A DNA stretch of 17,089 bases from Chamaesiphon sp. (GCA_965246715.1 CBDFFH010000026.1:1-17089), one strand, 5' to 3'; numbered from the stretch's first letter, positions 7,857 to 17,089 are shown. Made by a program: numbers and translations. The notes: generated from the letters alone by a model not told the origin.

Positions 7857-10056
7857 CGCAATCCTAAGCTGTTTGTTGGAGTTCGGCATATTGCAAATAG
7901 ACTATCCCTGCATCTTCTCGATCGATCGCCAGCCCAAACCATTGTAATCGATCGAGATTTTCACCAATCGCATCCAATTTCTTCTGGGCATTTTTGCCTG
8001 TAAATTGGTTGGAGATCTGCGTCACTGTCCATTCACCACCACTGCTGCGTAACAGGTCGCGGATGGCGGCGAGTTGGTCTTTGGGTTGGTTCGACCATTT
8101 TTGCTGTTCGAGGGGTGCGATCGCGATTTCTGCTTCGTCTGTGATGCCTGGGAGGGTGGTTTGGGTGGCTTGAATTGTTTCGGGGGCTTGGTATTCGGGG
8201 CGGAGCCAGCGGATATGTCCGTTCCGTTCTTCGACGGCGCGTTCGGCGTTGAGGGCGACGAGACGTTCGAGGATGGTTTCGGTGATTTTGGGGTTAGGTT
8301 TACCTGCTAAGTCTTGCCAACCGTAGGCGGCAAATACGGCTGTGTCGTCTAGATAGGGCTTTATTATTTTCCCTAAATACTTATATCCCCACTTTTGCAT
8401 CTCTGATTCTTCAACCAAGAAGCCAGAACCATGCAGACAAACTCCTCTGCCTGAAAGTCTGTCATTACTTTTTAATTGATTGCTGCTAAGAATATTTGCA
8501 CCCGATCTGAGGTCGCTGAAGATTTCGCCGACACCGTGCCATTTAAAATCGAGTTTCTCTGCACGATCTTCTGGTGTTTCTGCCAAGCCTTCATCGATTA
8601 CATATCCTAATCGCATGATTCTTGTTGTTGGCAAATCGTTGAATTCAGCCCCAGTCATAGCAATTCTTACATCTGCTCCACTATCAGCCCACAGGTGATT
8701 AGGGATTGCAAAAAATAATCTAATTGCTTTTTTGGCAGCTAAATGATTTTCGATTACTTTTCTTTGCAAAACCTGACTTATGCTGTTTGTCGTAATGAAT
8801 CCAAATCTGATCAGCTTCTCATATTTTAGTAAAATTGCAGCTTTTTCCCACCAATACATTACATAATCGACAGTCTCAGGAACTTCTTTATATGTTTGTC
8901 TAATTGTTTCTGAATAACCATCTCCGAGTGATTCTCTCATCCGTGAATTCCCAATAAAAGGAGGATTTGAGACGATATAATCTGCATCTGGCCATACCGC
9001 AGCGCGGGGATTTAAGTACTTGTAAATAACGACTCGATCGAGCGGATCTGGTACATCCTCACCTGTCACCGGATGCTTCATCATCTTGCCACCCCAACGC
9101 GATCGAACCTCCCCCGTTTTCGCGTCTAGATCTGGCTCTGTACCGTCATAAGCCAACACCGCATCCCGACATTCGATATTCCCAAACGCTTGTAATACGG
9201 GTTCCGGTGGTGCTGCATCGCCATACCGCTTAAAATACCATTGCAGATACCCAATCCAGATTACCAGTTCGGCGATCGCCGCCGCACGCGGATTGATTTC
9301 GATGCCCAAAAACTGCGCCGGATTCACCTGCTCCAACACATTCAACTGGACATTTCCCGCCACATCTACTAGCCGTGCAATGGCTTCTTTCTCCAACCCT
9401 TTCAATAAATCCAGCGTCACATACAAGAAATTCCCCGTACCGCAAGCCAGATCTAAAATCCGCACCTGGCGTAACTGCGTCAAAAAGGCTTGAATCTCCT
9501 GCTCCGCCTTCTTCTGCTGCGCCGCTGTCGGTTCCTTCCCCTCAGCCGTGACTAAAATCCGCCGTAACTCCAACTCCACCTCATCCCACTGTTGGCGCAA
9601 CGGTTCCATCACCACCGGACGCACCAACCGCTCCACATACGATCGCGGTGTATAATGTGCCCCTAAGCGGCTCCGCTCTCTCTTCTCCAACGCCCGCTCT
9701 AATAACGTCCCAAAAATCGCAGGCTCTACCTGACTCCAATCCTTCGCCGCTGCTGCATACAAGATTTCCAACTGTTCCTTGGGCAAGTCAAACGCCGTCG
9801 CATCTTCAAAAAAGCTCCCATTAAACCGCAAAATCCGCTCGAAGCCGAAGGTTCCACCTGTATTCATCGTTTGCCAAAGCTGTTCGATTTCGGGCTTAAA
9901 TGTGTGCGGGTTGGGAATCCAGCGATCGCGTAATGCCTTGGTAAATACCTCCCCCTTCAATAATTCCACATCCTCGGCAAACATCGTAAAAATACACCGC
10001 ATCAAAAAGTTCGCCACCTCATGCGCCGAAACGGGCGATGGTTCGCTGTCGATGCC

Positions 10057-10195
10057 GCCGTCGATTGAAATCGAGGCTACTGGTACAAAGTCCGCCTGCG
10101 CGGCCTGAGATCTAGAGTCCGCCTTTGCAGATTTGGCACTAGTCTTAGTCCGCGTAGGCGGACTTTGCATTCCCAGCGGCGGTTTCAACCGCTGA
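10057..10195. repeat. Palindromic repeat of the 5860/12020 family inside the RM coding sequence
   Basis: CGATTGAAATCG, CAAAGTCCGCCTGCGCGG...CCGCGTAGGCGGACTTTG and AGCGGCGGTTTCAACCGCT; the reading frame is preserved. Confidence 0.8.
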
Positions 10196-10546
10196 GGATT
10201 CTCCTCCAACCACCGCGACAACTTCGCCAATTCCGCCGCTACTTCTCGCGTCACCCGCGCCCGATATTTCTCAGGATTGAGCGATTGCGGATCTGTGAAA
10301 ATTGCCACAAACCTGTCAAATATTTCTGGTTGCGCCAGATCCTTGAGATTAATTGTCTGACGCGCCCCATAACTCCCATACTCGCCGCTAAACCCCTCCC
10401 ACACCTCAAAATGCGAACCGATATCGCAGGTCATCAAAAACGGTGGTAGCGATGGCAACATCCGGTTATAGGCATAAGATTTCGGGCGTTGCTGGATTGA
10501 GGTATGATTGGTATCGATCGCCAATAATTAATTTGGGTTAAAAGTA

Positions 10547-11322
10547 ATGGAATGTCCTGAATGTAAGTCAGTCCGCATCAATAAGAACGGTTGCAAAAGA
10601 GGGAAGCAGAACTATATTTGTGTGGAGTGTGGTAGGCAATTTATAGAGAATTATGAATCTCCCAGAGGATCTGCCCAAGAAATTAAACAAGAATGTTTAA
10701 CCATGTATGTAAATGGCATGGGATTTAGAGCAATTGAGAGAGTCAAAGGAATTCATAATACAACGATAATGGATTGGGTGAAGCAAGTAGGTGAACTCCT
10801 ACCAGATTATTACGACCCAGAGCTAACGCCGGAAGTAGGTGAGTTAGATGAATTAGAAACGTTTGTGGGGTTTAAAAAAACAAAATCTGGCTGTGGACAG
10901 CAGTAGATCACTTCCGCCCAGGAATTTTAGGATGGGTATTAGGAGACCACAGTGCTCAAACATTTAAACCTTTATGGGATGAGGTAGTAAATAAGTGGAA
11001 ATGCTACTTCTATGTCACAGATGGGTGGCCAGTTTACCCAATGTTTATTCCTGATGGAGACCAAATCGTTAGCAAGACTTACATGACCAGAGTAGAAGGA
11101 GAAAATACTAGACTGAGACATTATCTAGCTCGACTAAAACGCAAAACACTTTGCTATTCTAAATCTACACAAATGCTCAAGCATTCAATTCGCTTACTTA
11201 TTGCGTTGCGGGTGACCCGCGACGCTCACTATCTAAAATTCGATCGAGTGCCAATTCCCACATCAATTAATAGTCACGATCTTAGAGCGCGAGTACCACT
11301 CGATCGCCAAATCATACCTTAA
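10547..11322 (+). CDS. IS1 transposase InsA-InsB, joined by a -1 programmed frameshift
   Basis: Zn ribbon CPEC...CVECGRQF, HTH, ELDELETFVG, slippery TTTAAAAAAAC at 10871-10881, then KIWLWTAVD...YVTDGW...VEGENTRLRHYLARL in the -1 frame. Confidence 0.9.
11203..11226. repeat. 24-nt hairpin inserted in-frame in insB
   Basis: GCGTTGCGGG-TGA-CCCGCGACGC-T; adds ALRVTRDA within IRLLI|HYLKF. Confidence 0.7.
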
Positions 11323-12019
11323 TCCAGCAACGCCAGATTTCGCTTGGTTGAATGCCTTCTGCATCTCATCCCGATAGCCCTTTGTCCCCCGCTTGCCATG
11401 CCCCTTGCTCGAATTGGTACTACCCTGCTTCGCCTCAATCAGGAAGTGACCCTCTTTATAAAAGTCCGCAAATCGCGTCGTCTCAGCCTTCTCACTGAAA
11501 AATTTGATGTTTTTGTCAAAACAATAGCGATCGCCTTCGACACTGCCTTTTGGGGGTGGTACTGGTACAGCTAGAGCCACGCACAGATCGCCAAAAAAGG
11601 TTTGATAATTCGCCCGTTCGTTTCCTTCCGAACCCAACCACTTCTTGAGAAAATCCCCAACTCTTTTGCTATCCGTATCCTTCATTCCAGTCCGAACCTA
11701 ATTAAATATTTCAATCGGATAGCGTCGTCTTCAGCCAAATCACTTCCTGGTCGCTAGAAAGCGATATCCGCGATTCATCAATGAGATCGATCTTTCAAAT
11801 CTCCTGTAATTTTACCTCTATATATCGATCGGGCCACTCTCTAGATAGTCTTTGCACTATATCGATCGACTCTCGAACTCATATACCCACAGGATCTTCA
11901 CCGCTTAGATCGGTTCAGAGCTATAACTTAGGTTATGCCCATAACTCAGACGATGGTAATATGCTGAAATCTATACTACTGGCTTTTTACGTCGGGAAAC
12001 AAAGGTGTGCGCGCATCGC

Positions 12020-12165
12020 AAATCGGCGCTAGTGGTGCTAAGTCCGCCTTCGCGGACTAAAATATTCAGTCCGCGAAGCGAAAAGTGCGGTCTTGGGGTT
12101 TCCCCAAGTAGAGCACCTTTTAAAGACAGGCGGACTTTGTATTCCGAGGAGTGGTTTTAACCACT
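12020..12165. repeat. Composite palindromic repeat, copy 2, with a 51-nt insert
   Basis: AAGTCCGCCTTCGCGGACT...AGTCCGCGAAG[12079-12129]GCGGACTT, followed by AGTGGTT-TT-AACCACT. Confidence 0.85.
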
Positions 12166-12188
12166 TTGAGGGTAGGTAGCAACTTGAG

Positions 12189-12506
12189 CTACTTATCGAT
12201 CTCCGACTTCATCCGCTCCAGTGTCATATTCATCTGGTCAAACATTTGATGCGGCGTGATGCCAAACTGACTCATCTGCGTGTTCATCTGCTCGACCGTC
12301 ATTTTTGCCATGAAGTCATCAGACAGTTCAAACCGCTTCATAAAAATCCGATACCGATCCAGTAAGGTTTCCATCCGCTCGATAAACATCACCTTACCTT
12401 CGCGATCGAATTTACCATAGCTACCGCCCAGTTGGGTCAGATGTTGATAATCTTCAAACAACTGTTTGGCTTCTTGTTGGATGATATCAGAATCAAAAAA
12501 TGCCAT
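12189..12506 (-). CDS. DUF1825 family conserved cyanobacterial protein
   Basis: Motifs FFDSDIIQQEAKQLFEDYQ, YGKFDREGK and FMKRFELSDDF. Confidence 0.85.
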   Translation of the reverse strand: MAFFDSDIIQQEAKQLFEDYQHLTQLGGSYGKFDREGKVMFIERMETLLDRYRIFMKRFELSDDFMAKMTVEQMNTQMSQFGITPHQMFDQMNMTLERMKSEIDK

Positions 12507-12634
12507 GACGGTTAAAAATATATTAGTAAGGTTAAACTTAAAATTAAGAGCGTGACTCGATCCACTCGTGTTTCCATCTTAAGTCAGTCTCCAGCCCATG
12601 ATAACTGCGGTTTACCGTATTTGAGGATCGGTCA

Positions 12635-13009
12635 ATGTTCGATCGCGCGACACCCAAAAATCGTCAAGTTGCCATAATGTTAGCCTTCGTCGGGATGATG
12701 CTCCCCGTGGCTGGATTTCATAAATTTTATCTCGGACAACCCGTTTGGGGTGCGATTTACTTATTATTATCTTGGACACCAATTCCGCATATCGCTTCTG
12801 CGATCGAGGCTGTCTGGTATCTTACTCAAGATAGTACACACTTCGATGGAAATTTTAACTCGCATGGTTTGAATGCTGCGTCAGTAGCTACCCAACCCGC
12901 CACTACCGCCATCGATACGATCCGCGAATTGGACAAACTCCGCGCCGACGGATTGATCTCCGAATATGAATTCGAGCAAAAACGCCGTCAATGGCTCGAT
13001 CGAGTTTAG
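12635..13009 (+). CDS. TM2/NINE domain membrane protein with C-terminal SHOCT domain
   Basis: GFHKFYLGQPVWG (TM2) and IRELDKLRADGLISEYEFEQKRRQ (SHOCT). Confidence 0.85.
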   Translation: MFDRATPKNRQVAIMLAFVGMMLPVAGFHKFYLGQPVWGAIYLLLSWTPIPHIASAIEAVWYLTQDSTHFDGNFNSHGLNAASVATQPATTAIDTIRELDKLRADGLISEYEFEQKRRQWLDRV

Positions 13010-13171
13010 CGGAATTAGGGGGAGGGGATAAGCGATAGAATAAAAATAGCTCCTCTCATTGATATTATTTACAATCTGTAGGAGGAGGTTCGTGGGAGTA
13101 TCCGGCGATATTTATCAGTAATCTTCCAACAACAAAACCTACCCTCCTCACTAGACTGAAATAGCCCTGAG

Positions 13172-13199
13172 CTAACCCCTAACCCCTAATCCCTATCCC
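13172..13199 (+). repeat. Degenerate tandem heptamer repeat (STRR-like)
   Basis: CTAACCC CTAACCC CTAATCC CTATCCC. Confidence 0.65.
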
Positions 13200-13209
13200 C
13201 TAAATTAAC

Positions 13210-13755
13210 ATGGTAAAAATTGTTGGCATTGCAGGTAGTTTGAGACCGGATTCTTACAGCCAATTCGCCCTACAAGTAGCAGCACAAAAGCTCCAAGCGT
13301 TGGGTGCAGAAGTAGAAATTATGGACTTACGACAGCTGCAATTACCATTTTGTGATGGTAGTAAGGAATATCCCCAATATCCCGATGTTACCCGACTCCA
13401 GACTGCTTTCAGTCAAGCCGATGGCATGGTTTTAGTTTCGCCAGAGTACCACGGTAGTGTCAGCGGCGTACTCAAAAATGCTTTGGATTTGATGAGTTTC
13501 GAGCAACTCTCTGATAAAGTGGCGGGATTTATCAGTATTTTAGGCGGACAGAGCAATAGTAATGCTCTCAACGAAATGCGGATAATTATGCGGTGGGTTC
13601 ATGCGTGGTCGATTCCCGAACAAGTTGCCATCGGACAAGCTTGGCAAGCCTTTAGCCCCGAAGGTAAACTGACGGATGACAAACTTTCAAAACGTCTCGA
13701 CGAATTTGCTAGTAGTTTAGTCGAGAATACCCGTAAATTACGCGGGATTAATTAA
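13210..13755 (+). CDS. NADPH-dependent FMN reductase
   Basis: Motifs GIAGSLRPDSYS and SPEYHGSVSGVLKNALD. Confidence 0.93.
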   Translation: MVKIVGIAGSLRPDSYSQFALQVAAQKLQALGAEVEIMDLRQLQLPFCDGSKEYPQYPDVTRLQTAFSQADGMVLVSPEYHGSVSGVLKNALDLMSFEQLSDKVAGFISILGGQSNSNALNEMRIIMRWVHAWSIPEQVAIGQAWQAFSPEGKLTDDKLSKRLDEFASSLVENTRKLRGIN

Positions 13756-13800
13756 GTTGAATTCGATCGTGTCATCGTAAATTTATCACCTATAATTCCC

Positions 13801-14334
13801 TTGACTCACGACCCCTCCCGTACCGTTCAGTTTTTCTTTAAAATGTCCTTGCGATCGCGGATTCTCGAAGACCCATACTATCGGTTCAAATCGGCATTTG
13901 AGATTGCTGTGGCTGCTGATTTGGGAGTAACGATCGATGTCAATCAAGCGAACGTAGATGATTGGTTGCGATTGCCTGGAATTTCGATCCATCAAGCGCG
14001 ACAATTAGTTACGCTCAGCCAATCTGGAGTCGCGTTTCATTCGATCTCCGATCTAGCGGCGGCACTCAGTATGCCGATCCAAAGATTGCAATGGTTGGCT
14101 CCGGTATTGAGTTTTCAATATTATGAGCCGACGCTAGCTTTGCCATCTGTCAAACTCGATCGCGCCACAGTAGACGAGCTACTTCAAATCCCGCAAATCT
14201 CTCCAGAATTAGCGACTGAAATCATTAGCCAGCGCGAGCAAGGCGGGAATTTTAAAGATTTAGTCGATTTTCAACAACGGCTGGGTTTGTCTGGTGAATC
14301 GATCGGTGAATTAATGCACTATCTCCAATTTTAG
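13801..14334 (+). CDS. ComEA-like helix-hairpin-helix DNA-binding protein
   Basis: Two HhH units, IDVNQANVDDWLRLPGI and ATVDELLQIPQI...FKDLVDF. The start may be ATG 13843. Confidence 0.85.
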   Translation: MTHDPSRTVQFFFKMSLRSRILEDPYYRFKSAFEIAVAADLGVTIDVNQANVDDWLRLPGISIHQARQLVTLSQSGVAFHSISDLAAALSMPIQRLQWLAPVLSFQYYEPTLALPSVKLDRATVDELLQIPQISPELATEIISQREQGGNFKDLVDFQQRLGLSGESIGELMHYLQF

Positions 14335-14467
14335 CAATGGATCTAGCAATCCTAAATCGATCGTGGGATTCGATCGTCTTAATTATTGAACTTCGACATT
14401 AATGTTATCGGTAAATATAATAATTGCAGTTGGATCGTTGTCGCGAGCATAATTACGGCGGATATTT

Positions 14468-15053
14468 TCAAGATCGATCGAATTGCCGAAACTCCTTGAT
14501 TGCTTGCAGATGATTGGACAGAGCGATACAGCGAACTAATAGCTGAATATCCAAACGGGGCAAAACTTGAGATCGATCGATTTTGACATACCCAGTATTG
14601 CCAAGTGCGTAGAGAGATAACTCGCCTTTTTCCCAAAACCATCCTTCAGCAATCTGCAAGCGTTCGTAAGCGGTTAATTTATCGATCCCGCCACTCGTGA
14701 CAACTACCTCGATTGCTAAATCGGGACGCTCTTTCATTCGTACCTAATTCGTAAGATTTATCTGCTTCGCGTTTGACTGAGCCAGTTTCACTTTCGAGTG
14801 TCAAAGATTCGGTTGGCACAAAATCTAATCCAATCGTTTCCAGATGTGCCTCAATCAACGCACCGATGCGACCTTTAATTATTTCATGTTGTCTTCCTGG
14901 CATCTGCCGAATCTCCAATACTCCATCTAAGAAAGACAGCCGCACACCAGGACGAGCGAGTAATTGCTCCGTGGCTTTAAACTCACGCCATGTCATCCCG
15001 CCGATTAAAATCGGTGCAGCCGATCGATCGATAATTAGTGGTGTTGTAGCCAT
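14468..15053 (-). pseudogene. Uma2-family endonuclease with a +1 frameshift
   Basis: The upstream frame has DGVLEI, HEIIK and EADKSYELG. The downstream frame has PDLAIEVVVTSGG and KLTAYERLQIAEGW. One extra base lies near 14735-14738. Confidence 0.85.
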
Positions 15054-15169
15054 AACAACTCGTCAATTTATCTAAATTGTAAGCTCTAGCAACATCATTT
15101 AACGACTCAGACAAAGCATTGGGACTAGCCAGTAAGTTAAAATGAGCTGACAATCGATCGAGAGTCCAT

Positions 15170-16363
15170 ATGACTGCTGCGCCCAAACATCAGAAAGCCA
15201 AAGCCCTAAAACCCAATAGCAAACGCCCTGCAAAGGAACTGTGTAGCGAATGCGGGTTGTGCGATACCTATTATATCCACTATGTCAAAGAAGCTTGTGC
15301 TTTCCTCAATCAGCAGATTCCCGCCCTCGAAACGCAAGCCCACGGGCGCAGTCGGGATTTAGAACGCGAAGACGATCTCTACTTTGGCGTGCATCAGCAG
15401 ATGATGGCGGCGCGGAAGATCGATCCGATTCCTGGCGCTCAGTGGACGGGAATCGTAAGTACGATCGCGATCGAAATGCTAGAGCAGGGGCTGGTAGAAG
15501 GCGTTGTGTGCGTCCAAAATACCCCCGAAGACCGTTTTCAGCCAATGCCGATTATCGCGCGGACACGGGAGGAAATCCTAGCAGCAAAGGTGAATAAACC
15601 CACGCTTTCTCCCAATCTTTCGGTACTGGAGCAAATCGAACAGTCGGGATTGAAGAAGCTCTTAGTCATCGGTGTCGGCTGCCAAATTCAGGCATTGCGG
15701 GCGGTTGAAAAGGAGTTAGGGTTGGAGAAATTGTATGTATTAGGCACTCCCTGCACCGATAACGTCACCCGCGCCGGATTGCAGAAGTTTTTAGAAACCA
15801 CCAGTCGATCGCCAGCGACTGTCGTTTATTATGAGTTCATGCAGGACTTTAACGTCCATTTCAAACATGAAGACGGTTCGACCGAATTAGTACCATTTTT
15901 TGGACTAAATACTAAGGAACTCAAAGACGTATTCGCACCATCCTGCTTGAGTTGTTTCGATTATGTCAACTCGCTTGCCGATCTCGTCGTCGGTTATATG
16001 GGCGCGCCATACGGTTGGCAATGGATCGTCGTCAGAAACGATCGCGGCCAAGAGATGCTAGATTTAGTCAACGACGCAATCGAAACTCAAGCAGTAATGT
16101 CTAAAGGCGATCGTACCGCCGCAGTCCAACAGAGCATCCCAGCCTACGATAAAGCGGTAACTCTGCCAATGTGGGTAGCGAAGATGATGGGTGTCGTCAT
16201 CGATAAGATCGGCCCAAAAGGACTGGAATATGCGCGGTTTTCGATCGATTCTCACTTCACTCGCAACTACCTGTTTACCAAACGCAACTATCCACATAAA
16301 TTAGAACAACACGTCCCAGAATTCGCCAAGAAAATCGTATCTCGCTACAAGTTACCAGAATAA
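15170..16363 (+). CDS. bciB: Ferredoxin-dependent 3,8-divinyl chlorophyllide 8-vinyl reductase (FrhB-like, Slr1923 type)
   Basis: Motifs RPAKELCSECGLCDT, GAQWTGIV, GVGCQ, GTPC, YEFMQD and SCLSCFDY. Confidence 0.88.
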   Translation: MTAAPKHQKAKALKPNSKRPAKELCSECGLCDTYYIHYVKEACAFLNQQIPALETQAHGRSRDLEREDDLYFGVHQQMMAARKIDPIPGAQWTGIVSTIAIEMLEQGLVEGVVCVQNTPEDRFQPMPIIARTREEILAAKVNKPTLSPNLSVLEQIEQSGLKKLLVIGVGCQIQALRAVEKELGLEKLYVLGTPCTDNVTRAGLQKFLETTSRSPATVVYYEFMQDFNVHFKHEDGSTELVPFFGLNTKELKDVFAPSCLSCFDYVNSLADLVVGYMGAPYGWQWIVVRNDRGQEMLDLVNDAIETQAVMSKGDRTAAVQQSIPAYDKAVTLPMWVAKMMGVVIDKIGPKGLEYARFSIDSHFTRNYLFTKRNYPHKLEQHVPEFAKKIVSRYKLPE

Positions 16364-16401
16364 TTGAATGGTAATTTAGAGAATAAATTCGTCATCAGCC
16401 T

Positions 16402-17089
16402 ATGCAGTCACTAAAAATAATCATTACCCTGATAGTATTAATTACTCTGGGCATTATCGTGGGGTCTAATCTCATCCCCACGATGACAGTGACGCTGTTA
16501 AATCAACCGACGATCGCATTGCCTGTTGGCTTGTGGCTGGCGATCGCGAGCGGCTTAGGACTATTATCTAGTAGTATCTTTCAATTTTTAATATTTTTAG
16601 ACCGTCGGCTACTCGAGCGCAAGATTCGACAATTACAATCGCGATTGAAACAGGATGAAGATATCTTCACCTATACTTCCGAACCACCAAAAGTCGATTA
16701 TCGGAATGAGGCGCGAGTTTCGACGGAAACACCAGGCGCAGCATCAGAGCCACCCGCACCAAAAAAAAAGCATCTTTAGTAGCTATAAAGCAAATTTTGC
16801 TGACAAATTCAAATCTAAACCCGTCACTAACAGGGTAGTCGATGATGACGATGACTGGGACGCAGCAACCGTCTCGAATAATCAATTAGAGTGGGACGAT
16901 CCTGCACCACAACCACGCCAACAAAAAGCCAACTCTACCACCTCGCCAAGAGCGCAGTTATCCAGCTCCTCGGCAAACCTTTGTAAGAGATGTCGAACCA
17001 CCTCGACGCGATGAAGTGTACGATGCCGACTTTAGATTGATCCAGCCACCATATAAACAACCCGCTGCTGAATTAGAATATTTCGATCG
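16402..17089 (+). pseudogene. LapA-like membrane protein with acidic/Pro-rich tail, two apparent +1 frameshifts, runs off the window
   Basis: Two TM helices including LPVGLWL. It continues in the next frame after A9 at 16761-16769 (DDDDDWD), then in the third frame (EVYDADFRLIQPPY). Confidence 0.65.

Larger units (their letters stand above)
10485..11334 (+). mobile_element. IS1-family insertion sequence, 850 bp
   Basis: 25-bp terminal IRs GGCGTTGCTGGATT(G/A)AGGTATGATT with one mismatch; 8-bp TSD AGATTTCG at 10477-10484 and 11335-11342. Confidence 0.95.
7864..11685 (-). pseudogene. MmeI-like Type IIL/IIG restriction-modification enzyme, split by IS1
   Basis: The N-terminal part 11685-11335 has the nuclease motif FADFYKEGHFLIEAKQG. 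The part 10476-7864 has FLMRCIFTMFAED, GAHYTPR, motif I ILDLACGTGNFL, GIEIN, motif IV NPPF and AVFAAYGW. Removing the IS and one TSD copy restores ...FNQAKS|YAYNRML in frame (987 aa). Confidence 0.9.

Noticed and set aside
4996..8349. GACGACAC at the psbZ junction (4996-5003), near the TA start (7255-7262, minus strand) and at the TRD deletion junction (8342-8349, minus strand)
   Set aside because: It was noticed post hoc, also occurs inside intact bciB (16191-16198), and has no mechanism; chance cannot be excluded.
8074..10449. Several plus-strand ORFs within the RM gene, and similar short ORFs overlapping other genes
   Set aside because: They are antisense or alternate-frame shadows of well-supported CDSs.
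11781..12032. 83-aa ORF upstream of the RM gene
   Set aside because: No recognisable motif, and it runs into the repeat; probably spurious.
1640..13858. Abundant GCGATCGC/CGATCG (for example 1640, 6613, 8117, 13851)
   Set aside because: This is the well-known cyanobacterial HIP1; it is useful for taxonomy but not novel.

Overview
Cyanobacterial chromosomal window, judged from psbZ, bciB and dense HIP1 GCGATCGC/CGATCG sites; Chamaesiphon-like is only a compositional guess. 1-4869 is the end of a polysaccharide cluster (GT4, AT3 acyltransferase, two hexapeptide acetyltransferases, Wzx), followed by psbZ-ribH. About 5880-12170 is a decaying ~6 kb defence-like island bracketed by a 69-bp direct repeat. 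It holds an IS4 remnant, a truncated STAS-like/HATPase gene, an orphan diverged copy of the 3' end of the restriction-modification gene, an intact DUF2281-MazF toxin-antitoxin pair, and an MmeI-like Type IIL/IIG gene. That gene is split by IS1 (8-bp TSD), carries an in-frame palindromic repeat and appears to lack most of its specificity domain. 12189-17089 holds DUF1825, TM2/SHOCT, FMN reductase, ComEA-like, frameshifted Uma2, bciB and a frameshifted LapA-like gene. Two signals stand out: tiny (24-51 nt) hairpin elements, several of codon-multiple length, inserted into genes and into each other, and a cassette-like arrangement of cargo genes behind duplicated RM-gene 3' ends. All family calls come from motif recognition, not database searches.
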